This document shows, in pieces, positions 51,958 to 64,000 of a stretch of DNA of 64,000 nt. The position numbers were made by a program, and so were the translations under genes. Numbering within the stretch: the stretch's first letter is position 1; each line of letters opens with the position of its first letter. The notes beneath the pieces are model-generated. The model ran no database searches and was not told the origin of the DNA. It saw nothing but the letters and a program-made list of their open reading frames with translations. The stretch is from Eledone cirrhosa (lineage: Eukaryota): positions 6,820,001 to 6,884,000 of the forward strand of contig OZ024765.1 of assembly GCA_964016885.1 (NCBI GenBank), in the 5' to 3' direction.

Positions 51958-54900
51958 TGCCCTGGGTATGACATTAAACTACATCCAGTGGCAAGGCTCC
52001 AGTTCGGGAGTTCAGGAGCTGTGGGGAATGTGGAGTTACCCCTTAGTTGTTATCACTCCCAGGTCTGCTCTGACCCGGAGTAGTAGTACCTGTTAAGGCC
52101 CCATTAATGGGTTAAATAACTACCTTACTCGAATGGCACCGGTAAGGTATAATCAGCCCTTGAAAACACCAAACCCCCAAACTCACCAAAGGTCTCTCTC
52201 TTGTCTACGATTTCACAGAACTTATGTTCACCAAAATCACAGACTAGATCCCTTCTTCCTCCCGTTAGACCTGTACGGAATTCCTTCCTTGCTCACATTC
52301 CAACCAGGTTTGATGGTCTTTATTCTCTCTCGTTCACGATTTCACCGAATTTAAATTCATAGAAATTTGGGACTTGACTCCTTCTTCCTCACTTTTCGTT
52401 GCTTCACCATTTTTGTTTGTTTACACTCATGTCCCCTTTATTTACGTGTCCCAACGACTTTTTTTAGCCGTTGCTCGCACCAACCGGAGGTATATGGTCT
52501 TTAAAGCGATGAAATACCAATGATGGTTGGAAGATCACTGATGAAGGACTAACTTTATTCATATGTAACACATTAGCAACCCCGCAGCACGTTTATTCTC
52601 ATATATATATATATACTCTTCCTCATAGGGTGACCTCCTAGATCCCAAATTATGATTCAAATTATGTGAGCAGGGTTTGGCACGGCCAACTGGCCAGACC
52701 TTCTCCATAACGGTGTCACTTGGGGCCCCACTATGAATAAGGTTTGGTGCAACCAAATGGCCAGACCTCCCTCATAATGTGACCAGCCAGATCCCAAAAT
52801 GCCCCAACGGTCCCGATATTGAGCAAATAACCAGGTCAGTGAATGCACAAGGTACACTGTAATTGTTGTTGTTTTTTTAATTAACCTTTATTTATTTAGT
52901 TTTGGGTTTTTATTTTTAATTTCTTTTATATTTGTCTGATATTAATATTTCATAAATTTTTCAGTCCTCTAATGAAGATGAATTTGACAGTAAATTGGAC
53001 ATCTTTGACAATGTCTTTTTTCATGAAAATCCTTCAAAAGGGTCTCCAAAATGCCTGTCTAACCACACCACATGTCCCCTGGCAAATGGTGACTTGGGTT
53101 GTTGTCAATATAAAAATGTAAGTCAGTAATTCATGTATTCTTTTACTGGTTTCAGTCATTAGACTGTGGCCATGCTGGGGCACCACACTCTGGTGCTCTT
53201 TTACTGGTTTCAGTCATTAGACTGTGGCCATGCTGGGGCACCACACTCTTGTATACTTTTACTGGTTTCAGTCATTAGACAGTGGCCATGCTGGGGCACC
53301 ACACTCTCGTGCTCTTTTACTGGTTTCAGGCATTAGACTGTTGCCATGCTGGGGCACCACACTCTTGTATTCTTTTACTGGTTTCAGTCATTAGACAGTG
53401 GCCATGCTGGGGCACCACACTCTTGTATACTTTTACTGGTTTCAGTCATTAGACAGTGGCCATGCTGGGGCACCACACTCTGGTGCTCTTTTACTGGTTT
53501 CAGTCATTAGATTGTTGCCATGCTGGGGCACCACACTCGTGTATACTTTTACTGGTTTCAGTCATTAGACAGTGACCATGCTGGGGCACCACACTCTGGT
53601 GCTCTTTTACTGGTTTCAGTCATTAGATTGTTGTCATGCTGGGGCATCACACTCTTGTATACTTTTACTGGTTTCAGGCATTAGACTGTTGCCATGCTGG
53701 GGCACCACGCTCTTGTATTCTTTTACTGGTTTCAGGCATTAGACTGTGGCCATGCTGGGGCACCACACTCTTGTATTCTTTTACTGGTTTCAGGCATTAG
53801 ACTGTGACCATGCTGGGGCACTACCTTGAAAGGATTTAGTCAATCATATCAACCCTATTACTTACTTTTTTCAAAACCTCCTATGAAATGTAACCTTGTA
53901 TGAGGCCAGCTAAATATACATAGGTGTGAGCTGTAACAACAGCAATATAAGACTAGGCCCTCTATCATTAAAACCCCCAGGAAGCTCTTATGAGACGTAA
54001 CCTTGTGAGAGTCCCCCTAAACCTTCATAGTTAAGAGCTGTAACAGCAGCATTATAGAACTGGGGCTCCTGTCTTTAAAACACCTGAGATATCTCCTATA
54101 AAATGCAGCCCTGTATGAACTGTAACAATATAAGACTGGGGCCCCTAGAGTGAGTTAAACCTACATAGGTGTGGGTGGTGAGAAGAAGAAACCTCCTTTG
54201 AAATACAACCTTCTAGTTAGAGAAAGTCTGTTCTAAGCTGAAGGCTTATTAGGTCAGTGCTTATTTCCTTGGCGCTAAGTGACTGAGAGTAAAAGACTCT
54301 CCCTGGATAGGACGCTGGTCTATCGCAGGTTTAACTCCCTATCTACTGCTAGTACTTGCCTCAGCTGAGTGTAAAGTAAAGCGTTTTGTTGAAGAACACA
54401 ACACAGGAATTAAACTAATGACATTACAATCATACATCAAGCATCTTAGCCATTAATTACATGAGGTAAAGTCTTTACCATGAAAATATAATAGTATATA
54501 TAGAGTAATGTAAATGCTAAAGGGTTAACCCTTTACCATTTACATTACTCTATATATTATTGTATTTTCACGGTAAACACTTTATTTCACATAATATTGA
54601 ATCTACAAGATTTTGATATTATTTATTTTGAGACCAATACCTTAATGTCAGTATGAGTGGCTGGTTACAGCTGGTTTGAACAGAAAGAGGTGAGAGAATT
54701 CTGGACAGTTTAAATGCTAAAGGGTTAATATAAGAATCATAAGTTAAGTTACTATCCTTGTAATGAAATAATTGATAATTTTAGTGAACCCATTAACACT
54801 TTTGATACAACCCAGCCAAAAGCAGCTCTGAAACAAAACCACCCATTTTAAAGGGTTCGTATTTAAATGAAAATCTTCCAACATATCTAAGAACCATATG

Positions 54901-57900
54901 TTTAACCCTTTAGCATTCACATTACTCTATATTTACTATTGAATTTTCATGGTAAACACTTTTTTTCACATAATTATTTCACATAATATCGAATCTATGA
55001 GATTTTGATGTTATAATAATGAAATTATTGTGTATAGTGCTCAGGTGCACTACAACTCGTCAAAGGTGCATGTATAGTATATAGAATAATATACAAATGT
55101 CAGGGAAGTGAATAGAAGGCGTTTCCCCGCAGCGACTTATTGTAATTCTTAATGTTATTTATTTTGAGAACAATACCTTTACCTCAGTGTGACCAACTGG
55201 TTATGGCTGGTTTGAAAAGAAAGAGGTGAGAGAATTCTGGCTGGATATGGCTATGGCTGGTTTAAATGCTAAAGGGTTAAGCCATGCATCTTTTAGAAGG
55301 CCAGCTAAATAAATCTACATAGGTATAGATAATGACTAGACTTGATCTTTGCTCTTTGAACTCTGGTGATGGAACTTTGTTTAAAAAAATGTTGATACTC
55401 AGTCTAGCGGAGTTTAGTATCACAAGAAGAAGGTGTAGCTGTAAATTTATTTTTGATTATTTCTTTATTATTATTTTTTTTTTTTTTTCTTACTATTTTT
55501 CTTTCCATTTTCTCTCTGTCTCTCTCCTTCTTCAGGCTGTCTGCTGCATTGGTGGGGAAGGTCTGTGTTGTCCCAATGGTCACACATGTAACCCAACCAC
55601 TAAGACATGTGAGAAGCCTGCTATAAAGGTGACCAACACTGATCCCATGTTGAAGTCCATCTCAGACATCATATGCCCCGATGCCCAAACAACTTGTTCT
55701 TCCAACACTACCTGCTGTTGTTTAGCTGATGGAGAGTATGGTTGTTGTCCATACCCTAATGTAAGTCCCTTTCAATTTTGTTTTATCTATCATTTTATTT
55801 CCTCTTAACATATGTCATGAGGTGGTCAGTTGAGGCTTGTTATATGCCTCCTCCTCCTTCTTCTTCTTTTTCTTTGCCTTCTTCTTTGCTACCTTCTTTG
55901 CCTTCTTCAAAGGGTCGTGGGGGCAGAGTGTACTGGGTGTATTTGTGGCACCAGCACTACCACTTTACAAAGTGTACTGGGTGTATTTTATCATCACACT
56001 TGCACCACCACTTTACAGAGTGTACTGGATGTATTTGTGGCACCAGCACTACCACTTTACAAAGTGTACTGGGTGTATTTTATCATGACACCTGCACCAC
56101 CACATTACAGAGTGTACTGGGTGTATTTGTGGCACCAGCACTACCACTTTACAAAGTGTACTGGGTGTATTTTATCATGACACCTGCACCACCACATTAC
56201 AGAGTGTACTGGGTGTATTTGTGGCACCAGCACTACCACTTTACAAAGTGTACTGGGTGTATTTTATCATGACACCTGCACCACCACATTACAGAGTGTA
56301 CTGGGTGTATTTGTGGCACCAGCACTACCACTTTACAAAGTGTACTGGGTGTATTTTATCATGACACCTGCACCACCACATTACAGAGTGTACTGGGTGT
56401 TTTTGTGGCACCAGCACTACCACTTTACAAAGTGTACTGGGTGTATTTTATCATGACACCTGCACCACCACTTTACAGAGTGTACTGGGTGTATTTGTGG
56501 CAGCAGCACTACCACTCTACAGAGTGTACTGGGTGTATTTTATCATGACGCCTGCACCACCACTTTACAGAGTGTACTGAGTGTACTTGTGGCACCAGCA
56601 CTACCACTTTACAGAATGTACTGGGTGTACTTGTGGCACCAGCACCACCACTTTAAAGAGCGTACTGGGTGTATTTGTGGGACATACATTTCTTGTTATT
56701 GTCATGTTCAGCAAGTTGGTTACTTCTCTTCCTATGTCTTGTTTCTGTTTACTTGTTTTGTCCCCAAGCTGTGTTAGACAAGCTTACAATCTTGTTGAAG
56801 TCCATCAAACTAGCAGTCATATCTTGGGGGTGTTTTCAGACTGCAGGCATGTTCAATAGACAGCGGAAGATCAGATGTTCCTTCCTTATGTTGCCCAAGT
56901 TTTCACCTTTTTGTTTGTTTTGCTGTCTTTGTAGCATTTGGCAGTGTCGGTGGAGGGTCTGACGCCATGCTTTCCAACATAGAGTTATGTCCTTTTACAG
57001 TCTGATTTCAGATCCCGCCAAAGTTAACTTTGCCTTTCATCCTTACGGAGTCGATAAAATAAAGTACCAGTAATGCACTAGGATAATTGCTGGCCTTGTG
57101 CCAAAAAGTAGAAACAATTATATATACAGTTGACCCCTGGTATTTGTGAGGGTTGCTTTCCTAGAGCACCCGCAAATATTATATATTCTAGCAGAAAAAT
57201 CACCCTGCCGGTGGTTTTCTGCTATATATATATATATATTTATTATTGTTCCCCGTAACCTTACGTTCTATTTTTCCCCGTTATTTTATTTTATATTATA
57301 TATCAGCCTCGCTTCAATTGTTTTAGCCTTTGTTTTTAAATTCATATCTTACGTCCATATTAAATAATTTTTCATTCTGATGAGCAATTTCAGACATCTG
57401 TGTCAAACTTGTCTGTCTTCACGAAACCTTTGGTAAATGGAATAATTGTCTTTTGTTGTTTATTACATAACTATATGTATGTTTCTATATATATATATGT
57501 GTGTATGTATATATATATATATATAGATGGAGGCACATGGCTTAGTGGTTAGAGCATTGGCCTTGCAATCGAAAGGTTGTGAGTTCAATTCTCAGACCGG
57601 GTGATGTGTTGTTTCCTTGTGCAAGACACTTTATTTCACATTGCTCCAGTTTACCCAGCTGTAGAAATGAGATGATAGGGACTGGGGTCCATATCATTCC
57701 ACTGCAAAGTGGTCGTGGAGGTGCCACGGCAAAAAAGCACCCAGCACTCACTGTAAATGAGGTTGGTGTTAGGAAGGGCATCCAGCTGTAGAAATCAAGC
57801 CAGAATCAGTTCCCGTCCCACCCTTGCAAGCAGGGAAAAAGCGGACGTAAAATGAAATGATGATGATGATATCATCATCATCATCATCATCGTTTAATAT

Positions 57901-58707
57901 ATATATATATATATATATATAGACAGTTGTCCCACAGTATTTATGGGGGTTTTGTTCCTAGAGCACCCACAAAGAATGAAAAACCCCGAATATTGGACAT
58001 AGTCCATAAAAATACTTATAAAGATCAAAACATAAAGTAAAATATAGGCCTGCAAATATTATTTATATATGGATTGGCAGTATCGGTAGAGGGTCTGACG
58101 CCATGCTGTGCAACAAAGAGTTACGGCCCTTTATGGTCTGAGTTCAAATCCCGCCGAGGTTAACTTTGCCTTTCATCCTTACGGGGTCGATAAAATAAAG
58201 TACCAGTAATACACTGGTATAATTGCTGGCCTTGTGCCAAAAGTAGAAACATTTATTTATATATATATATGTGTGTGTATATATATGCATATCTATATCA
58301 TATGTATAATTGAAAAAGTGGAGAATAACATGGTCAACAGTACAACAAAGAGGAATTTATTTACAGTCTGACAATTGTTTCACTGATAAAGTTGTCTAAA
58401 AATTGCTTAACACTAGAAGCAATGCCACTCAATTTTAAATACAATGCTAGCTCAATCATGTCATCACAATATGTATATATATGTCTGTATATGTATATAT
58501 ATATTTGTCTGTATATATATATATATGTCTGTATATATATATTTGTCTGTATATATATATATGTATATATATATTTGTCTGTATATATATATATATATGT
58601 CTGTATATATATATTTGTCTGTATATATATATATATATGTCTGTATATATATATTTGTCTGTATATATATATATATATGCCTGTATATGTATATATATAT
58701 ATTTCTG

Positions 58708-58744
<37 letters not shown>

Positions 58745-60179
58745 TTCTGTATATATATATATATATGTGTATATATATATATTTCTGTATATATATATAT
58801 GTCTATATATATATGTCTGTATATGTATATATATATTTGTCTGTATATATATATATTTGTCTGTATATATATATATTTGTCTGTATATATATATATATGT
58901 CCGTATATATATATATATGTCTGTATATATATATATATTTGTCTGTATATATATATATATATATATGCCTGTATATATATATATATGTCTGTATATATAT
59001 ATTTGTCTGTGTATATATATATATATATGTCTGTATATATATATTTGTCTGTATATATATATATATGTCTGTATATATATATTTGTCTGTATATATATAT
59101 ATATGTCTGTATATATATATTTGTCTATATATATATATATATTTGTCTGTATATATATATTTGTCTGTATATATATATTTGTCTGTATATATATATATAT
59201 GCCTGTATATATATATATGTCTGTATATATATATTTGTCTGTATATATATATATATATATATATATGTCTGTATATATATATTTGTCTGTATATATATAT
59301 ATATATATGTCTGTATATATATATTTGTCTATATATATATATATATATGTCTGTATATGTATATATATATATTTCTGTATATATATATGTCTCTATATAT
59401 ATATGTCTGTATATATATATATATGTCTATATATATATATATGTCTATATATATATATATGTCTATATATATATATATGTCTGTATATATATATTTGTCT
59501 GTATATATATATGTCTGTATATATATATATATGTCTGTATATATATATATATATATATGTCTGTATATATATATATATATATATTTGTCTGTATATATAT
59601 ATATATGTCTGTATATGTATATATATATATTTCTGTATATATATGTCTGTATATATATATATATGTGTCTATATATATATGTCTATATATATATATATGT
59701 ATATATATATATGTCTGTATATGTATATATATATTTGTCTGTATATATATATATTTGTCTGTATATATATATATTTGTCTGTATATATATATATATATGT
59801 CTGTATATATATATTTGTCTGTATATATATATATATATATATATATGTCTGTATATATATATTTGTCTGTATATATATATATGTCTGTATATATATATGT
59901 CTGTATATATATATATATATGTCTGTATATGTATATATATATATTTCTGTATATATATATATGTCTATATATATATATATGTCTGTATATATATATTTGT
60001 CTGTATATATATATGTCTGTATATATATATATATATATATGTCTGTATATATATATATATATATATGTCTGTATATATATATATATATATATTTGTCTGT
60101 ATATATATATATATGTCTGTATATGTATATATATATATTTCTGTATATATATATATATGTGTCTATATATATATGTCTG

Positions 60180-60212
<33 letters not shown>

Positions 60213-60391
60213 GTCTGTATATGTATATATATATTTGTCTGTATATATATATATTTGTCTGTATATATATATATATATATATGTCTGTATATATATATAT
60301 ATGTCTGTATATATATATATATATATATGCCTGTATATGTATATATATATATTTCTGTATATATATATATATATGTGTCTATATATATATG

Positions 60392-60430
<39 letters not shown>

Positions 60431-62849
60431 CTGTGTATATATATGTCTGTGTATATGTATGTATATATATATGTAATATATATATGTGATATATATATAT
60501 TATATATACATAGTAACTTTATTTTCCCTAACGTGTCTGATATTTTGCTGTCTCCTTTGGTGTCCGTGTAACAATAGGCTGTTTGCTGTAGCGACCACCT
60601 TCACTGCTGTCCCCACAATAGCACCTGTGATATTAGTGGCCAAATATGCATCTTAAAGGACAGATCTATCCCCTTTGGTATGAGTTCTACTCCTGCTAGA
60701 CGTCAGTGGAAAACAATACCCCAGGGGAAAGGACACAACCTGGGACGAAAGTCACCTGCAGTAGGAGTGCGAGATACCTTATGTCCTGACAACAGTTCAT
60801 GCTCTGAAAATGACACATGTTGTGCTATGAACACTGGAGTTTGGGGGTGTTGTTCCTACAAACACGTAAGTGTTTCCTCTGCTGATTGCTCATCAGTCAT
60901 TTCTTGTTGTCGCTGTTGTCATTAGTGGTGTTGTCTTTTTGGTTTATGTATTTAAAGAAAATTTTTTTGTAATTTTGACTCTTCCTCTTATCGTTCAGCC
61001 ATTTGGCCAGACTCTCCTCCCTCATAACAGGAACACCCAGTTCCACTCTGTAAACATGACCGTCACCTCTGGCATCACGCAGTAATACAGAAGACCCGAC
61101 TTCCCACGGGTACAAGCCGAAGCTGAAGCATATAGACAATATGCCCCCGCCCCATCCCACTGCAAAGTGGTCGTGGAGGTGTCACGGCAAAAAAATCACC
61201 CAGCCCACACTTTAAAGTGGCCGTGTAGGCGGCACGGAAAAAAAGCACCCAGCACTCACTGTAAATGGGGTTGGTGTTAGGAAGGGCATCCAGCTGTAGA
61301 AATCAAGCCAGAGTCAGTTCCTGTATGAGCAAGACATGGTCAGCCGACCGGACACTACCCACAGCAGGACAAGTCGTCTAACCCATGCTATAATGGAAGA
61401 ACGGACCTAAAACAGTGATGATGATGATGATCCAGTTGTAAAAATCTGTCAAAATACAGTTCTGTTTGAGCAAGGTATGGCATGTCCTGCTGGCCACACT
61501 TGTCTTATGTGGACAACCCGTCTAACCCATGCTAGCATGGGAAAATAGGCATTAAACGGTGATGATGATGATGATGAAGATATCATCACCGTTTTACGTC
61601 CATTCTTCCACGCTAGCATGGGTTAGACGGGTTGTCCTGTTGTGGGCAATGCCAAGTCATGTGACCTTGTCTTGCTCAGACGGGAACTGATTCTGGCTTG
61701 ATTTCTACAGCCGGATGCCCTTCCTAACACCAACCTCATTTACAGTGAGGGCTGGGTGCTTTTTTACCGTGGTGCCTACATGGCCACTTTACAGTGTGTG
61801 ATATATATATATATATATATTTATGTCATGTGTCTTCAGTTGGGTTAAAGGTATGACAACAGTCTTAGCATAGTTAATCCACATGATAAAAACATCCAGT
61901 ACACTCTGTAAGGTGGTTATATTGGTGACATGAAAAAATGCACCCAGTACACTCTGTAAGGTGGTCGTTTTGGTGCAACCATGAAACATACCCAGTCCAC
62001 CCTGTAATGTGGTTGCCATTAATAAGGAGATCCTACTGCAGAAACCCTAGCCAAAATACAATTACAGATCCATATGAGTAAGATGTGGCTCACCTGACCT
62101 GACTTGTCTCATAACATGCCAACCTGTCCAGCCCATGCTTGTGTGGAAAATGGACGTTAAACAATGATGATGAATCCTAAATACAGTATGTCTGAATAAA
62201 AAATAAGACCATCATGGCTGGATCTCAGAGGGGCTGACCCAGGGCTAAATAATAACAAGGGTCTTATAGGTCTTGTTGTGCTTTTATTTGTTTATTTTTT
62301 AATCTTCAATGCCAAGGTTCTTTCTTACTGTGTTTTTCTTTAATTTTTTTTTATTAAAGTTTTTTTTTTTTTTTAATTAAAAAATTTTTTTTTCTTTATT
62401 AAAAATGTTTAACCCTTTAGCATTTAAACCAGCCGTATCCTCGCCAGAATTCTCTCACCTCTTTCTGTTCAAACCCGCCATAACTGGTTGCTCATACTGA
62501 TATTAAGGTATTGTTCTCAAAATAAATAATATCAAAATCTCATAGATTCGATATTATGTGAGGTAAAGCCTTTACTGTGAAAATAGAACAGTATATATAA
62601 AGTAATGTAAATGTTAAAGGGTTAAAGAAAATATTTTTCTATATTAAAAAAAATTCTTTTTTTTTTAAATTCTTTTTCTCTGTCTAGGCTGTCTGCTGTG
62701 CTGATTACAAACATTGCTGTCCTCAAAACTTCATTTGTGACCTGAATGAGGAGAGATGTGTGAAAAATCGTTTTGCTTTCTCGTTTTTCTCTGACCTGAA
62801 GCCTGCCAAACAAATAAGAGCAGCATCAGTAGCAGTATCAACAAATTAA
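43121..62849 (+). CDS. GRN: Progranulin/granulin precursor, signal peptide plus 4 granulin modules, 372 aa
   Basis: Exons 43121-43279, 50327-50458, 52965-53117, 55536-55760, 60578-60865 and 62688-62849 (1119 nt), all phase 0 and GT-AG. Repeated C-C-CC-CC-CC(xDxxH)-CC-C-C modules are split by an intron at N/H|AVCC, as in granulin genes. Confidence 0.92.
43316..48350. repeat. 74-bp satellite, ~5 kb (~68 units), in granulin intron 1
   Basis: GAGATGGTTCGGTCATGTGTTGAGGAAGGCTGATAGTGACAGGGGAAGGAGGAAGAGAGCCAGTGATGAATGTT. Confidence 0.98.
48880..50172. repeat. 36-bp palindromic minisatellite (~36 units)
   Basis: AGTTCATAACTT-TG-AAGTTATGAACT plus a 10-bp linker. Confidence 0.97.
50327..50458 (+). CDS. 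GRN: Granulin coding exon 2
   Basis: CTGCAG acceptor, [24 protein letters not shown]...NHFQ. Confidence 0.92.
50962..51573 (-). mobile_element. Non-autonomous Helitron with nested SINE B
   Basis: Minus strand reads A|TCTAAACTATAGTAAAG ... CCACCC-AAA-GGGTGG hairpin ...CTAG|T; a 3'-end remnant also lies near 57188. Confidence 0.72.
52965..53117 (+). CDS. GRN: Granulin coding exon 3
   Basis: TTTCAG acceptor, SSNEDEFD...[29 protein letters not shown] donor. Confidence 0.88.
53137..53825. repeat. 58-bp minisatellite (~12 units), same family as 5997-7625
   Basis: Same unit, starting 20 nt after granulin exon 3. Confidence 0.95.
55536..55760 (+). CDS. GRN: Granulin coding exon 4
   Basis: [18 protein letters not shown]...[35 protein letters not shown] donor. 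Confidence 0.94.
55925..56680. repeat. 44+48-bp dimeric minisatellite, reverse-complement relative of the 41830 array
   Basis: Alternating units built on GGGTGTATT..ACCAC.TTACA.AGTGTACT. Confidence 0.9.
57370..57442 (+). ncRNA. Hammerhead motif copy with damaged stem II base
   Basis: TTTCATT-CTGATGA-G...C-GAAA-CCTTTGG-TA-AATGGAA, inside a ~170-bp element shared with 33820-33990. Confidence 0.5.
57529..57870 (+). mobile_element. SINE family A
   Basis: Near-identical copy. Confidence 0.9.
58470..60510. repeat. ~2-kb interrupted (TA)n microsatellite with GTCTGT punctuation
   Basis: Directly visible. Confidence 0.97.
60578..60865 (+). CDS. GRN: Granulin coding exon 5
   Basis: [17 protein letters not shown]...[34 protein letters not shown] donor. 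Confidence 0.94.
61057..61430 (+). mobile_element. 3' end of the same RTE family as 22300-24540
   Basis: Matches about 24010-24540. Confidence 0.85.
62688..62849 (+). CDS. GRN: Granulin coding exon 6 (terminal)
   Basis: [24 protein letters not shown]...STN then TAA; AATAAA at 62936-62941. Confidence 0.88.
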   Translation, partial: AVCCADYKHCCPQNFICDLNEERCVKNRFAFSFFSDLKPAKQIRAASVAVSTN

Positions 62850-64000
62850 ACATGTATGTATCATATGAAAATATTTACTGTACATACTTTATGTAGAAGT
62901 CGACTATTTTAGACAAATTCGTTTTTTAAAAAGTTAATAAATTTAGTAAACTCCTCAAATTTCTTTTTTAACCTTTTAGCATTTAAACCGGTCATATCCA
63001 GCCAGAATTCTCTCACCTCTTTCTGTTCGAACCAGCTGTAATTGGCTATTCATTCTGACGTTAAGGTATTGTTCTCAAAATAAATAACATCGAAATCTCA
63101 TAGATTCGATATTATGTGAGATATTTATGTAAGATAAAGCCTTTACTGTGAAAATATAACAGTAAATATAGTATAATGTAAATACTAAAGGATTAAATTT
63201 ATGAGTGGAGGCACATGGCCTAGTGGTTAGGGTGTTGTACTGTATTTTTATCTGTTGGTCAATCAATGAGAGATATTGCCAGATAAATTAACTATGGTGA
63301 TATAAAAGATACAGAAGTGGAAACCAATCCAAACTAAACTGAGTATGTTTTATTATTATTTCTGGCAATATTATAACAATATGACCCTCCCCAAGTATAA
63401 CATTATTTGTTTCAATACACAATTTCATATCAAAAAGCTTGCAAAACAAATATAAATATACATATCTGTACACAATAATTTCATTATTATATTATTTTAT
63501 ATATACAAAAGATCTGTTAGAGAACACTATGTATATATAGTGTTATAACACTATATATATATAGTGTTATAACACTATATATAGCAGGGAAAAGCGGACG
63601 TAAAATGATAATGATGATGAATATATATATATATATAACGAAGGAAATGTGGTAAGGAACCAGATGGACCATAACGCACCAAAGTACTCAATACTTAGGG
63701 TAGTAGAGTGGGTAATAGGAACAAGTATGACCTTGACGGCAGAGCTCAAGCCGTTTCGAACCAGCGTCCACCAGAATTAGCCGTTGAAACGTCTTGAGCT
63801 CTGCTGTCGGGGTCATACTTGTTCCTATCATCATCATTTTCATTTCATTCTACGTCCGCTTTTCCCTGCTTGCAAGGGTGGGACGGGAACACTTATATAT
63901 ATATATATGTGAAGGCACACTTATATATATGTATAAGTGAAGGCACATGGGTAATAGGAGCAAGTATGACCCCGACGGGTCATGGCTTAGTGGTTAGAGC

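Noticed and set aside
58392-60571. Three ~690-aa Y/I/C/V ORFs
   Set aside because: (TA)n microsatellite lacking stop codons

Overview
Eukaryotic, AT-rich, repeat-dense animal DNA. The repeat types suggest an octopod cephalopod, but this is inference. Three intron-containing genes can be spliced by hand with GT-AG junctions and consistent phases: TRAPPC3/BET3 (minus strand, 5 coding exons, 180 aa), RWDD1 (plus, 7 coding exons, 231 aa, head-to-head with TRAPPC3) and a progranulin/granulin precursor (plus, 6 coding exons, 372 aa, signal peptide plus 4 granulin modules). The rest is two tRNA-derived SINE families, RTE-, Tx1- and CRE-like LINE relics, piggyBac/hAT/Tc1-mariner MITEs, a Helitron and many mini- and microsatellites. 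The most notable signals are: (1) a family of type I hammerhead ribozyme motifs with covarying stems, in sense orientation inside introns; (2) kb-scale satellites that grew out of sub-segments of mobile elements; (3) the same piggyBac MITE just after the stop codon of all three genes; (4) a CLEAR/ETS/AP-1 cluster upstream of granulin; (5) granulin modules with a paired Cys loss and an extra Cys; (6) possible ancient TRAPPC3-RWDD1 linkage. The very long ORFs in the track are artefacts of repeat periodicity.
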